From Trichosphaerium sp. ATCC 40318 (Eukaryota > Protista > Tubulinea), in NCBI GenBank assembly GCA_038496445.1, contig JALMLS010000585.1:186001-250000 (forward strand): a stretch of 64,000 bases of DNA, written 5' to 3'. Numbering within the stretch: the stretch's first letter is position 1; every line of letters begins with the position of its first letter. Of this stretch, positions 24,948 through 38,503 are shown one piece after another. The notes beneath the pieces were generated by a model. The model saw only the letters and a list, made by a program, of their open reading frames with translations, had not been told where the DNA came from and did not search any database. The position numbers and the translations under genes were made by a program.

Positions 24948-27900
24948 TTGTTATGCCTCCAAGTTGTTGACATTATACGTAAAGTAGCCAACCTCCCATG
25001 TTCTCAAACGTACGTAAAACTGGTTTGTACAGCCATAAAAACTGCTAGCATACAATTTCTTGGTGCAACAAAAGGGTTTACACAAGTGAGATGGTGGGCG
25101 TTTGGACAAATCACTAGTGAGTCAGCATTGGTATTCTGTGAAACTGTAAGCAAGTCTTTATTGGCAAACTCAGTTACACCTGGTACTTACTGGTACAATT
25201 CTCGGTCGTGTTCATGGAGCATTTTGACAAACTAACGCGGTTCGGCCGTGAAATAGCCTACAAACACTCCAATGATCCCATACTCGCTTTGTTACAACAC
25301 GGGCACTTTTTAAACGCTATAAAGCTACTAAATATGGGTTTAGATAAGAAATACCTTCAAACACTTAAAATACGTATGTTATCATGTTTGTTGGCTTAAA
25401 TTTGTTCTTCTAAGATATGTAGGACCTATTCTTACAACAATCGCTGCTTCTACTGGAGTTAGACGATCATATAGGGAAAAGGCCATCATAAGCCTTGTAA
25501 ATGAGGTAACAGGCGCAGTTGTGGGACACCGTTATGAACAACCTGAGCTGATTCTTGAAAAGAAGTTGATGCACTTTGCTTGCTCAAACGGCTCGAGTGT
25601 ACTAATTTTGTGCGTGTTTTTTACTACCTAAAGTCACGTCTTGCTACTCTTTGGAGCTACTGTTTTTGAAAAAGCTTTTCGTTTTATATTGAAATAGAGT
25701 TTTATTCATGTCATGGGCAGCATCGCTTTTGAGACTGTTTCTATGAAAATTAAATTTCTATTTTGAACTTGTAGCTATGTTTCTATACTTATAGTTGTAA
25801 AAATCATTTTGCGAGTGGTTTATGTGCCGAGGAAAAGTACCGGCAGTCAAAGAAATTATTTTCAAAACAAATTTGAAAAAAGTCCTTAATAGGCTGACTT
25901 TTCTGTATTATAATAGAACGATGCTATCTTTATTTAAATCCAAGTATAAAGTAAAAAAGGAGTCATGTGTCAAATACATTTCTGCTACCAAACATTATGA
26001 TGCAGCTTTTGTATTTAGAGAATTATTTGAGAATGCTGAGGACGGAAGTGTTGATGCTTGTTTATTGGCACTAACAAGAATGTATGCTGATTGTCCGTTC
26101 AAATGGAGAAAGGTACGTAATTTTCGTTGTACTTGGGTAGTACCAAATCACAATTCAATGTCACGAACGTGCTTTAAAGAACAAAACCAAAACAGTTTGG
26201 TTTTTTTTTGTTTGACTAAAGTGCACATCTCTCAGATTTACTATTGCTTATTAATCATATTAGATGCTTCAAATTATTGTAGATAACAAACCAAGCGTTG
26301 AAAGTATTCATAAAATGGTGGGTATACTGAAAGAAGCAGCACAGGAGAACCCAGAGAGAAGACTAAAAGTGGGCTATATTTTATCGACATTTGCTATTGT
26401 AAAAGAGGATATACAAGATCTACCGTCTTTGAAATTTATCGTGGATTTTTTGAAATCACGAGTAAGAGGAAAGTCATTGATCACATGGGCAATAAAACTA
26501 AAACGAATGGATATGGTTTCATTACTGATAAAGTCAGGTGAAGATCCAAATTCTGTTGACCTAGAAGCACTTAAGGTTGACCTCAATCGTCCTTACATCT
26601 CTTTATACCCCTACTTTTGTTTGATAATATTATTAAATGACAAGAATCTGAACACACTCAGAACAAGTGTTAAAAGAGTAGCCACATACTTCCAAGGTAA
26701 ACAATCCACCTCAATTTTTGATATTCCAGTTACCATTAACATTTCAATAGATTATCAGCCTTTTTTCCTTCCTAACAATACCACTACAACCAATAGTACT
26801 GAACATCCATCAGGTGCCAGTGGTATGCATTACTATTTTATTTGATTGCGTTTAATATCTATTTTTAGAGTATGCATCATCACTTCCACGTGAATTATTA
26901 AGCTTAATTTGTGACAATCTTGACATGTGCTCTTTGTTTAGATTTAGCTTGACTTGTAAACACTGCTCATGGGTTTGGACAGATAGTTCAAGACTTTCTG
27001 ACTACTTTGCTGTGTTACCTACAAGTTCAAGTTCGTTTAAAGTTTCTAGCATTCTTTCAAGAGAGGCAACTGCAAGGCATAATATATCTAGAATGAAGGC
27101 TAAAGGCATTAGAATGCCATACAAACACCATTCGCGTTATCAAGCAGACTTCAGTATGTCAAACGTTTTTCTTTGTCCATCATCAATCTTATTTATTTCT
27201 TTTCATCTATTAGGTTCTCCAGGGTATTGGTTGTTTAGAAACAAAGACGTCCAGAGATCATTTTGCTTTGATGTTAAACAGCGTTTATTTGAAAATATTA
27301 GCACTGAAAAAGCATGCATTCGTACTTTTGGAAGAAACAATGGTAACTTACTCGAAATTCTGTGTAGTAATAAGAATGATTGTTTCATTGCATGCAATGA
27401 CACAAAAATACAACTTCCTAGCTCTCTTGATTACGACAAATCAGCTTACTTTGATGACGACAAACAAGCACTTTTCGTTTCAAAAAGAAAGGGTTGCATA
27501 AAAATGGTTGATATATCTTCAGGCGTTATAGTCAGTAATAGCCCTGTTTTGGACTGTTTAGAAGGGTCATATACCCAGAACCTTATAGGTGTTATAAAGA
27601 AAAACCTTGACACGATCATCTTTGATAGAAGAACAGAGAATGAGGATATCGTATTAAATCATTGTAAAGGGGTGTCAATAATGAAAGTAGCAAAGCCAAT
27701 CTTATCGGACAAAACAGTTATTGTATCATGCTTAATGCTCAAGGACGCAATTTTCTATGATCTACGTATGCCCAATGTACCATTAAATATTGTTAGAGGG
27801 TGTGTTGATACATACAATGGTAAATTGTGGACAAAAGGTATGTTCATGTAATTTTTCTTTTCATTGAAACTTCTTTTGTGGTTTATTTAGTATAGGTAGA

Positions 27901-28041
27901 CATTTACATGTACTACCTTGTGATAAATGGCAAGGATTGTTTAAGTACTCCTATACCCGTGCTGCACATGACAATGTTTTGTTTAATTATTGGCATGGTA
28001 TCTTCGACTTTTCATCAACTGAAGCTACTTTCATCTTGTGA
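24948..28041 (+). CDS. Large protein with a possible ankyrin-like unit, central F-box and beta-propeller-like C-terminus (start uncertain)
   Basis: LITWAIKLKRMDMVSLLIKSGEDPN is ankyrin-like. After the intron at ~26823-26868 comes F-box SLPRELLSLICDNLDMCSLFRFSLTCK. WD-like ends IIFDRR and FYDLRMP. Confidence 0.7.
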
Positions 28042-28489
28042 GTATTTCCAAAACTTCAAAGATCGAACACAGTGTAGACGGTAGAACTAGTACGTAGTGA
28101 TAGCAACAGATAATGGATAATGTATGTTTTGTTAATGTTATTATGTTGTAATAAAAAACAGGATTACAAGCTTCATTATACACTTGAAATAGAAACTACA
28201 ATGTAAGAAAAGTCAAGTAAACGTTCATTCTAGCAAGTATGTTACTATCTGTATCTGTTTTCAACAATAGCCTAAGAAATGCCGAATATCACATGAGAAC
28301 GTTGTCATTTTTTCTTGATGTTGATTGCAAACACGTGACAACATTATTAATAGTTTTTACTTCTTTTTTTTTTCCGACTTTTTTTTCTGCCTCTGATTCA
28401 CAACGGTCCTTGCACTTATCTCCCTGCTCAAATAATTGTACACAGTGTCGCCCAAACAACTTTTTAAGAACTTTAGAAATTTGGTTTTA

Positions 28490-30715
28490 TTAATCTTGTG
28501 TTGTTTTTAAATTGACATTTGCGCGGCTTGCAACAGGTTTTTTTGTAATATCATGTGGTGATACAATGTACATATCTGTAGTAGGAGATGATATATCAAT
28601 ACGTACTACACAATTTCTCCTCTTTGCTTGCTAGAAAAAGAAAAAAATGTAAGAAAAAAACAACACCAAAAACCAACATTAAAAAAAAAAAGTAATATTA
28701 GCACTGGAAGGGAAAATAGTGCTACAATTTACAAAGAAACTACTTCAATTTCTACACTAATAAAACAGCTCAAAGTGGTGAATAAAAGGATTTACTCTCG
28801 AGTGGTAACAACGAGATTTTTTGGGAAAAAAAAAACTTTCTTTGTTAACAAAGGGTCTGATCAAGGTACCTCTTGTATGATAGGTAGGTCATCTTTATCA
28901 AATCCAGCAATAAGAGAAGCATATAAAGTACGCATTTTAGGGGCTCCTGAGCCTTTCAGGAACGAGATAATATCATCACGAGAAAGCTTTGTGCATTCTT
29001 GTGCAAAGAGCATTTTTAAGCTGTGTCCATGCTCTGTAATAAGACCAAGAGATGTTTTATTTACTTGCTTATTTCTGAGAAACAAAGCATTCAACTTTGG
29101 ACACACAACAAGCAATTCACAGAGCCCTGAAGAAGATTTGTTAGCACAAACATAAAACTACAATGCAACAAAACTGACAAATTTGCAAATGGATCATCAC
29201 TCACCTCTATCACATTCAAGTTCGCTACAGTCTCTCAAGTCTATTGATTTAAGGTTTGGAAGTGAGTGAGCAATATCAGATAAGTCCCTATCAGTAACCA
29301 GACTTCCTTTAATGGAAAAAGTCAACAAAGTATATCATACAAGGTAGTGTCTTCAAAACTCCTTTACCTTGGATGTCAAGTACTTCTACACATGTCACAC
29401 TCGCCGCAAATGCTACCAATCCAATAGGTGATATTCTGCCGTTGAATTTGAGGTGAATCTCCTTTATCTTTTTGCACTGAGATCCAATTGCCAAAAGTCC
29501 TTAAAGACGGATAAGCGAAAGTTACAAAACGCATAAAGACTCTTGTACCTGCATCACCACATCCGGTGGCTGTTAGATTGAGGTGTGTAAGTTCTTTACA
29601 ATGCGTTGAAACAAGGTTGAATATAACTGGGGCAAGCTTGAGCTTGTGAAGGTGTAAATACTGCAAGTTTGTATTTTTCGAAATAAGAGAACCAATTCCT
29701 AAAGTAAGGTTAATCCTGATGTTTGCACATCTCTTATGTCTCACCTGGTTCTTTCAATCTAAAGCATCCTATACATAACAAAATAAGAACAACATTACTA
29801 AACGATTTCAAGGACAAACCTGAAACACTCAATTGCTTCAATTGTGTCAATTGTAGAGCTTGTACATCTTGGTCCTATCAAAATAGAGGTTAATTTTTCT
29901 ATTTTTAACCTTATCACGTGATAGTTTACCCTGACTTTACGACAATTTTGAATTTTTAAACTGGTTATCGTCTTTGGTATATGAACAAGTGTACTAACGT
30001 TGAGGCTTGGAACATTCTAAAAGCATCTTTGTTTAGTTGTACTTGAGGTTTTTTCGCTGTACTTTAATTGTTAAGTTCCTGAGCTTTGCTAACTTGTCTA
30101 GAGATTCTGGTAGTCCTAAATAGTTTTATTAAGACCATTAGATAATATATATAGGTAAAACAAGCGAGTTTGGTGAACACAAAGCGCTGAAATCACAAGT
30201 TCCTGAATGAAGAAAAAAAAAACTGATAATTGACTTTTAAATAAGTGTCAACGCGTAAAACAAACCTACGTACGTATTAAGTCTATGAATTCGATATTAA
30301 GCGTTACAAGCGAGGGTGGCAGTACTTTCAATATTTCACTTGGCAAGAACTAAAACTCTCTTAGTGAATGAAGCGGTTTTTACGTTATTTAATAACGCAC
30401 TCTGTCTTTACGGCGTTCTGTTATGTTTAACTCTTCCAACGCCGTCATTTTGCCAACAGATAAAACAAAAGGATGTTCAGAGAGTGGTTTATGATCTTTA
30501 GTGGGCGTAAGACTGCTTGGTATGGTAACGTTCTTTTGGCATCTTTTATAATTGTCGAATTAGTGGTAAGGTATGTTTTTAGTATCATTAACGTACGAAA
30601 ACGCGATTTTGAGAAGTGTTTTACAAGCTGAAGCAACATTTAGTAACGAAGCGAGTTCAACGCGTGGTAGTATGTGGTAACGCCATAATTCTATTGGAAA
30701 AGTAACAAGAGCCAT
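28490..30715 (-). CDS. F-box/LRR-repeat protein (FBXL-like)
   Basis: MALVTFPIELWRYHILPRVELASLLNVASACK F-box, followed by LRRs CKELTHLNLT, CPKLNALFLRNKQV and SLKMLFAQECTKL. Confidence 0.85.
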
Positions 30716-30895
30716 GTTTACTTGTTGCGTATTGGGTATTAAATGAAAAGGAGGCAAACCAAAATATTTAGAAATTAGTGAAATTTCGGAAAAAACTCAT
30801 AGATTTTTCAAAAGCGTCTAGTTTGACACGTCACAGTAGGTTTTGCAGCTTGAGTTAGAAAAGAAGATTGTGGTAACAGGTCAAGTTTTCGACAT

Positions 30896-31816
30896 TTACA
30901 AATATATGCAATACGTTGCTAAATTGCAGTTTTTTGACTTTGTTGAGTCTTGTTGGTTTTCTAACAAGCCAGTATTATAGCCAACATCTTGTTTTTGTTT
31001 TCCATACCCTAACCAAGTAAGTTGGGAATACAGACCTTTTACAACGTACACCACTTACGTTTTTCCTTTTTCACTTTAACCCCAATAATTATTGGTAAAA
31101 GTACATCAGGGAGGGTATTTTGACGTAATAATGTCATGTCTTGCTCGTTACAAATAATGATGTTTTCCATGTCAAACCATTTTGTAAGAAATGGATCTCT
31201 AGCATCCACGTTAAACATATCCACATCCATAAGATTGAGATAATTATTGTGCCAGAACTACAAAAATTGGCTAGATAAATTGACCCATTGTTTCACTTGA
31301 GTGTACGCACAATAACGTAACTAACTCTCTAACATATTTACTGAAAGCTAAAAACGACGTACTTCAAAACGTGTACATAGCCGTCAATATTTATTCGCCT
31401 GTCGGCCTCTGGTGACAGAGGAAAAATAACGACTGTGAAGTTTGAAGGTAGTTTTCCTAATTGCTGCAGTTGTAAGCCACAACAACAAAAATCATAGTAC
31501 CTCCACAATCGTTCGCAATCTTTTCTAGGGCATCTGTATTATCGTTCAATCGTCCATCAAGTCTGTCAAAGAAGATATCGCTTCGTGAGGTGTCCGCAAA
31601 AAAAAAATAAAAGTTGTTGGTGTGTTTAGTGCTTGGATGCTGTGAAACCGTGAACTGTTTAAGAGCTGAAGAAATATTATTGGTGTAAAATTGATCAGAA
31701 CTCGCAAAATGAACAGTTCCCAACGGTTTATAAGCTATGCCTGAAAAAAGATCAAACATGTGGAAGTGTTGTAAATACTCAACTGGCTTATCACATACGA
31801 ACAGAATAGCATTCAC
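30896..31816 (-). CDS. Hypothetical protein, possibly prenylated
   Basis: Joinable exons from ORFs 31457-31816 and 31039-31230. One possible last exon ends NCNLATYCIYL-stop, which is CaaX-like. Confidence 0.5.
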
Positions 31817-31893
31817 TTAACAGGGGTGGCCTTTGTGATTTTGACGTTATAACCTAACAAAAACCAGCGTACATCGCAACACGTTCACCAACA

Positions 31894-33111
31894 ATGAAAG
31901 CACCAGGAGAAGACAGGGTATACAACATACTGGTTTTTGGCGATAACCACCAGGGCAAAAGTAGCTTGTGTAATACCTTCGGTCATGTACATTGCGGGTG
32001 GGGCGTTCCAAGGCTTGCTACAGGTAGGCATGCAGGTCGGGGTACCATAAAATACTCCAAGCATCAGGTACATATCGTTCGTACAGGTCATTATGCTGAA
32101 AAACTGTACAGGTGGTTTGTACAAAGTCGTTTACATTCGAAGGTGAGACTTGTGAGCCAAAGACGTTCAATTTTTTCGATACAGCTGGAAGGAAGTTCAA
32201 AAACCCTCTTTCAAGCGATGATAAGAGACTTGTCAAAGAAATCATCGAAGGAATGGCAGAAGTACGTTTGTATTGTCCGTTTCAGTCAAGTTAGTCAGCT
32301 GGTTATTTCGCCAGTTATTTTTCGCTCTGGAAGCACTTTGTTTGTGTTGTAGTATCCATTGAGAACTAGTTGACTAACTTGACTGAAACGGACAATATTT
32401 ATGCAATCTTTTTACTTTTTTTTCATCGAATATCTACGACCAGTTCTCACGACAAGTGAGTTAGCGTTTAAACTAACGATGGTTGAAACTGACCGTATTT
32501 TCTCCTCAGGGTACTGACTTAACAGATGAGGAAAGGAGTTCTTCTCCAGTTTGTAAAGAAAATAAGATTGACACGATAATAATACTTGTGAATGCTGAGT
32601 CCCTTATTAAAAAAGAAACGTATGAATCACGTGTTTACCTTATCTGACTTTTGTTTCAAGCAAAAACTACACAACTACCATTGCAGGATGGTGGAGTAAC
32701 ACAGTAGAAACCCATACAAAAACGACAGAGAAAGTATCCTGTTCAGGTATAGGTTTTGTTCAACCATTATATGACGCAATCGAGGAACTTGTTGGTATGC
32801 GCTAGTGAAAACTACTTTGGTTTTGTTCACGTCTACAAATGAAAAGTTACAGATCATTATTTTTAGGAAGTTACCCTCTTGTTTGTTGTACACACATGGA
32901 TAAAGTGCCCCAACATTTGATACCTGATGTTAAGGCTGCTATGAAAATGCTTGCTCATGAAAGTAATATATGTTATGTATCTACGTGGGGTGGAAGAGAG
33001 AGACGTCTTTCTGAAAAAGACAAAGAAACTTACTATGGCTTGACTCTTAAGATGGTAGTCGATGTTGATGGAACACAAAGTCGTAAAGTAGCAGCAAAGA
33101 GAAAAAAGTAG
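31894..33111 (+). CDS. IFI44-like P-loop GTPase
   Basis: NILVFGDNHQGKSSLCNT (G1), GTIKYSK, FNFFDTAG (G3), KIDTIIILV and PLVCCTHMD (G4). The spacing resembles the IFI44 GTPase domain. Confidence 0.7.
32271..32397 (+). repeat. Intronic inverted repeat: 27 bp perfect plus 7 bp with G-U pairs
   Basis: TATTGTCCGTTTCAGTCAAGTTAGTCA (32271-32297) pairs exactly with 32371-32397, inside the intron starting GTACGT at 32262. Confidence 0.95.
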
Positions 33112-34081
33112 TACTGTTTTAATTACTACCATCCACTCTGAGCATACTTTTTCAACACATCTATGCATTCCTCAATGTGCCACTTTAACTTGTACTTTAA
33201 TTCATAAATACCTTTTTGTATTTGCATTTATCAATTTTATTCTAAACACGTTGTAATGAGTTGTACTAGAGGACTACAAATCTAAAAGTGAGCATTTACT
33301 TTGTGGCTAAAATGCTAAGCGTGATTCTTTCTTTTAGCGACTCACTATGGGCGTCTTAACAAGATTCCAATGCTACATACCGATTTAGAGAGTGGTAGGA
33401 TGCAGTGGTGTCCTTTAATTCATGGCATCATTGTATTTTGTCAACGCACTTCTGATCTGCATAATCAAGTATAGTAGAGACCTCAAGAAGCTGGCAGCAC
33501 TCCATGAATCCAAGTTGAAGCCAGGAAATTGGTTGGACATCCAGCCTAACAATAATCAACTGTAGTATTGGACTCATACGTCTTTCTCGCCTACTCTAAT
33601 ACCGAACGTATTGATGATGAAGCTAACAGCAGTAAACCCACTTATCAACTAGACATTAACTGCAAACAAGTTGTATCAATGCATGTGTTTATTTATAGTG
33701 CAATTTTGCATACCAGCCTAAAAACACGTGTTCGAGCTTTGACAGAGGCGCTATGTAGAAACTAGTCGCGCTCATGTCGTCTCGCCAATGCAATAAACAA
33801 GCACCTAGCGCGTAGAAAACGTTTAATTAGAGCGAAATACAAATGCTGTAAAAAAGTGTCAAATTGCAGTGAACTGTTAACGATTTTGTTAAATTTAGCA
33901 TAATGAAGCATGCTTTAGAATTCTGGTTTGTTTACCTTCCTAGACCTTTTTTAACCTGAAAAAAAGCGTACTATACAATCACGCATATAAGTACGTGAGT
34001 TTAGACTAGTTTTTAAATGGAAACAACGGAATAACGGATACATTACAAATAACGTTAAACAATTTGAATACAATCAAAAAT

Positions 34082-37000
34082 ATGTCCACGACAACAACAA
34101 ACGAGCATACGAACGGTAAAGCGAAGGAAACGAACGGTGGAGCAAAAAATGCTACGTCACCAAAACCACAAACAGGGTCTGTAGAAGCTTCGTCACTACT
34201 GTACCCAAAGAAAAAACGCCAAACACTTGCTTCCCAACCTAATACAAGCGAACTAGAAGGTGCGTTACTGATCAGTTGGTCTAATTATTGTATATAACTA
34301 CGCAATCGCTTGTTGTTTAAGAGCCGTTAAAGAAACCACAATTTGTTTTTTTTTTAGCTTTTTGTATTGGCGTTTGTACAAATTTTAAAACAGGCGCTTT
34401 AGAGCGTTATATAGCGTAATAGCGCTATTGTTACTGTATTTGTTACTAAACTGAAACAAGGTTTGGTGCAATTAGCTCCAGAAGTCGAAGAGGGTAATAT
34501 GGAGTACAAATGGAAGCTTGCAGACCCAACTCCTGAACGTTTTGAACAGTTAGTGTCTCAATTAAAATGGAGACTGGGAGAAGGTCAAGGAGAGGCATTA
34601 TACGAAATAGGAGTTGAAGACAACGGGTTTTTAAAGTACGCTGAGTAAACTTACTAAAAGAAAGTAAAAAAACACAAAAGACAGCAAAACCCGTATTTTA
34701 CTTCTACGCGCGTAGTAGAATACAAAAAAAACAAGAATCCAAAGAATTGCTGATTGTTTTACGAAAGCCGTATTTTTTTTTTTACAAATGCGTTAACGGC
34801 AATATATATCTTACGCTTATACTCGTAAACGTACTCATTTTTTTTTACTGTACAGGGGACTACCAAAACACGTTTTAGAAAAATCTATTAAAACATTGGA
34901 AAGAATGGGCAAAGAGCTTAATGCAGAGGTCTCAAAAGTATGTGAGCGTAAAGGAAAAGAAGGATTTGTTGCAGAGATGCTTGTTAGGTACTCATACGCT
35001 TTACTAATGAAAAGATTTTTGACGTTTACTGTGTTGAGAAAAATTTCAGAAAACTAATACAGGCGTTCTTGAACAAGTTTTTTTTGTTGTCAAATGAGGT
35101 TATAGACAAAAGAGAATTATTGTTCAGTTGCACAAGGTATACAGACGGCTCTAATTCCCTTTTTAGGGAAGTTCACGATGATGTCTACCTAGATGTTCGA
35201 ATAGCAGTGTGTGGTAATGTAGATAGTGGTAAGAGTACACTATGCGGTGTTTTATGTCGCGGAAAATTAGATAACGGAAGGTACGAAAGAAAAAAAATTC
35301 AGCGTAAAAATCTGCATTAAACTCGTTTTTAACATCCTCTTTGCTTTTGAAAAGTGTATAATATCTTCGCATGTATTCATAGCATTGCAGTGGAGCTTTT
35401 GTTTTACTAGTATTTTGCTTACTTGGGTTTTTTTATAGAGGTCTTGTTCGTATCAATTTATTCAACCACAAACATGAGCTTGAGACTGGTAGAACATCTT
35501 CTATTAGTCAACGTATTATGGGATTTAACCTAAAGGGTGAATGTGTTAATTATAATTTAAATGAACATAGTATGACGTGGGGTGATATCATTGAAAGAAG
35601 TTGTAAAATCATTTCATTTTTGGATTTAGCAGGTACAGTTTTTTGTTTTTTTTTTACATAAAGTGACAGTATGTGCGAGAGCTAAATACCTTGCCTAGGC
35701 CATGAAAGATATTTAAAGACAACAGTAAGCGGTATGACAGGTCATATGCCAGATTATTGCTTCCTTCTGGTTGGAGCAAACATGGGTGTAACTCGGTGAG
35801 TTTTTATCTATAAATATCAACGAAAGCCATTTCTGACATTTATTCAGTATGACCCGAGAACATCTAGGTCTTGCTCTTGCATTACGTATTCCACTTATTG
35901 TTATTGTCACAAAGATAGATATGTGTCCTGAAGGCGTATACAAGCAAACCATGTCGGATATTAACCGAATCCTTAAAAGAAAGGTATTGCGCTTAAAAAA
36001 TTTGAAGATTTAACAAAATTTTAAGGGAGTAAGGAAGCTACCTACAATTATCAAAAACGAGGATGATATGGTTACTTGTGTGAAACATATGAGCAATGAC
36101 AGGATTGTACCAATTTTTCAAATATCCAATGTAACAGGAGAAAACTTAAGCTTGCTTAGAAAGGTACACGATAATTTTTTTTTTTTTTCCTATTTCTTTT
36201 TCGTTGTTTAAATACTGTATGTAAACATATGAATACTTTATGTATCTCTACGTGTAATGCTCGATCTTGGTCTTAAGTGACCTCGATTGTAACTCAGAAA
36301 CTCGTTTTTAATACCTTGTGTTTCACCTTTTCATCCTTTTATGATTTTGGTTGATCTTCTTTTTTTTTGTTTGCTTTGCATTAAATTTAAATTGCTCTGT
36401 AAGTGTCTTCTGTGTATTGACTTCCTTGTTTTAGTTCCTTAATCTAGTACCAGCACGTATACAATGGACATTACTACGAACACAAGAGCCAGAAGTGCTT
36501 ATTGATCAAACATACTTTGTTACGGGTGTTGTACGTTTTTGTTGTAAAACATCTCTTCCTTCTTGTCTCCCAGTGTGAATTATGTTTACCCTTGATATTA
36601 GGGTACTGTTGTATGTGGTACAGTAATCCAAGGGCAAGTAGCACCAAACGACACATTGCTTGTAGGCCCTGACGGGAATGGCAAATTCGTTCCTGTGCGC
36701 TATTTCGTTAGAGAAGGATTCGAAGTTATTGACTGTTTTCTGTCGTTCTAGGTTGTAATTAAGTCAGTACACGCTAAACGTGTCCCTGTGAAGCTTGTAC
36801 AAGCAGGACAAAGAGCTGGGTTTGCTTTAAAGAAGATAAAGCGTGCAAACTTGCGCAAGGGAATGGTTCTTTGTAGTAAGAAGCTTAATCCAAGGTACAA
36901 CTCTTTTTTTTTTTCTTAGCTTAAAAAAAAGTTCAGTGTTAACTCGTTATAGGTCCACGTGGTGCTTTAAATCTGAAGTTATAATATTATACCACTCAAC

Positions 37001-37595
37001 GACTATACATACAAACTATCAACCTGTTGTACAGTGCTTGACAATGCGACAAAGCGCTAAAATTACTGCAATTTCAGAAAAGTACGTACAACTTTTGTGC
37101 TTTTCTGTTTCTTTGTTATGTACATTCGTAATAATTATATAGGGATGTATTGCGAACGGGAGACCGTGCGACTATGGAATTTCAGTTCCTTTACAGACCA
37201 GAATACCTCAAGAAGGGCATGCGTATCATTTTCCGAGAAGGTACTTTTTTCTTCAAAAAAAGTAACAGAACAGAAGCTGTTTTTTCTCTCTTGTGTTTGG
37301 GTTTTCATTGTCTTTATTGTATTTCCTGTTTATTAATTATTATATACTAGGATGTTGTAAAGGTATTGGAATAATCACAGAGGTCCTGCATGACAAGGAG
37401 CCTGTTTTTAGAACAGCTGCAACAAAATACCCTCAACAATCAACTGCAGCAAAAAAAGCAGCTGCAGCTAAACCAGGTGCTAAGAGCTCCACGAAACCTG
37501 CTGGAAAAGCTTCATCTAAACCATCAGTAAAGCCTACAACGTCGAAAGGCGGAAAAGGAGGGAAGCCAGATAGCGGAAAAGCATCCAAAAAGTAA
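34082..37595 (+). CDS. GTPBP2: GTP-binding protein 1/2 (translational GTPase)
   Basis: [75 protein letters not shown] and IVTKID. I cannot firmly separate GTPBP1 from GTPBP2. Confidence 0.92.
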
Positions 37596-37799
37596 CACCT
37601 TTCCATTCTTTTTTTTTGATCACAAAAAAAGAGAAAAAGAAAGAGTCCGTTTCTTTTTGCTTGCCCTGTACAAGAGGAATTTTTACAGTTGTAAAGTTGT
37701 ACATTATGTAAAGATACCTGTATTTGATACAAAAACGTTTTATTAGTTAAGATAGAGCTAAAATCACGTGACTGTTCAGTTAATGTTCAGTGGTCCAAC

Positions 37800-38290
37800 A
37801 ATTAAGAAATTTCTTGTCAATTTCAATGAACCTTGCTACACTTTGTCTTACCGTTGGTGTACAACAACAGCTCTGTATTAAAAGTAGTGGCTTGACGCTA
37901 TGGCAAAGATAAACAAGTATTTTGATACTATCGTGTACACCAACACCTACAACGATCAAAAACAACACATGGACAAGTCTGAGGTAGCTAAAATGGAGCA
38001 GGCAATATCTGTTCATGGCTATCGTGGTGCCAGTAAGAAGAGACATAACGGTGTTGTGCCAATACGACCTCTTGATAAGCATCTATGGAAGTCGCTTATA
38101 CAAAGAACTTGAACAAGACATTCTCTCAATAGCTGAAAACAATGAACATGATCAGTTCTTTGCTGATGTCAAGGTTGTTGCGCATATAACAAACGGAAAC
38201 AGAAGTATTGGCATTGTCTACAAGAGTGATAACGGATTATTAAAACTGTACTTACTTGGATTTACCAACTACAACTATCAATTGTTTTGA
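37800..38290 (+). pseudogene. Frameshifted, intronless gene relic
   Basis: Overlapping ORFs 37900-38112 and 38015-38290 read as one protein with a frameshift near KHLWKS/RLYKELEQ. Confidence 0.35.
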
Positions 38291-38503
38291 CGTTACATGA
38301 TTCTTTGTAACAAAATAAAATATACCGACGTCGGTATGGCGTGTGTGGAGTAGGATTAACGCTACAAGAGTCCATGTGTAAAAGAAGTAGATTGCTAATA
38401 CACCAACAACAAAAACAGTAAAATGTCCAATACTTCAGGTCCACGTGACGGAGTATCTTGATTACACTCAAAGAGATCATAAAAAAGCAGCTAAATAATG
38501 TTG

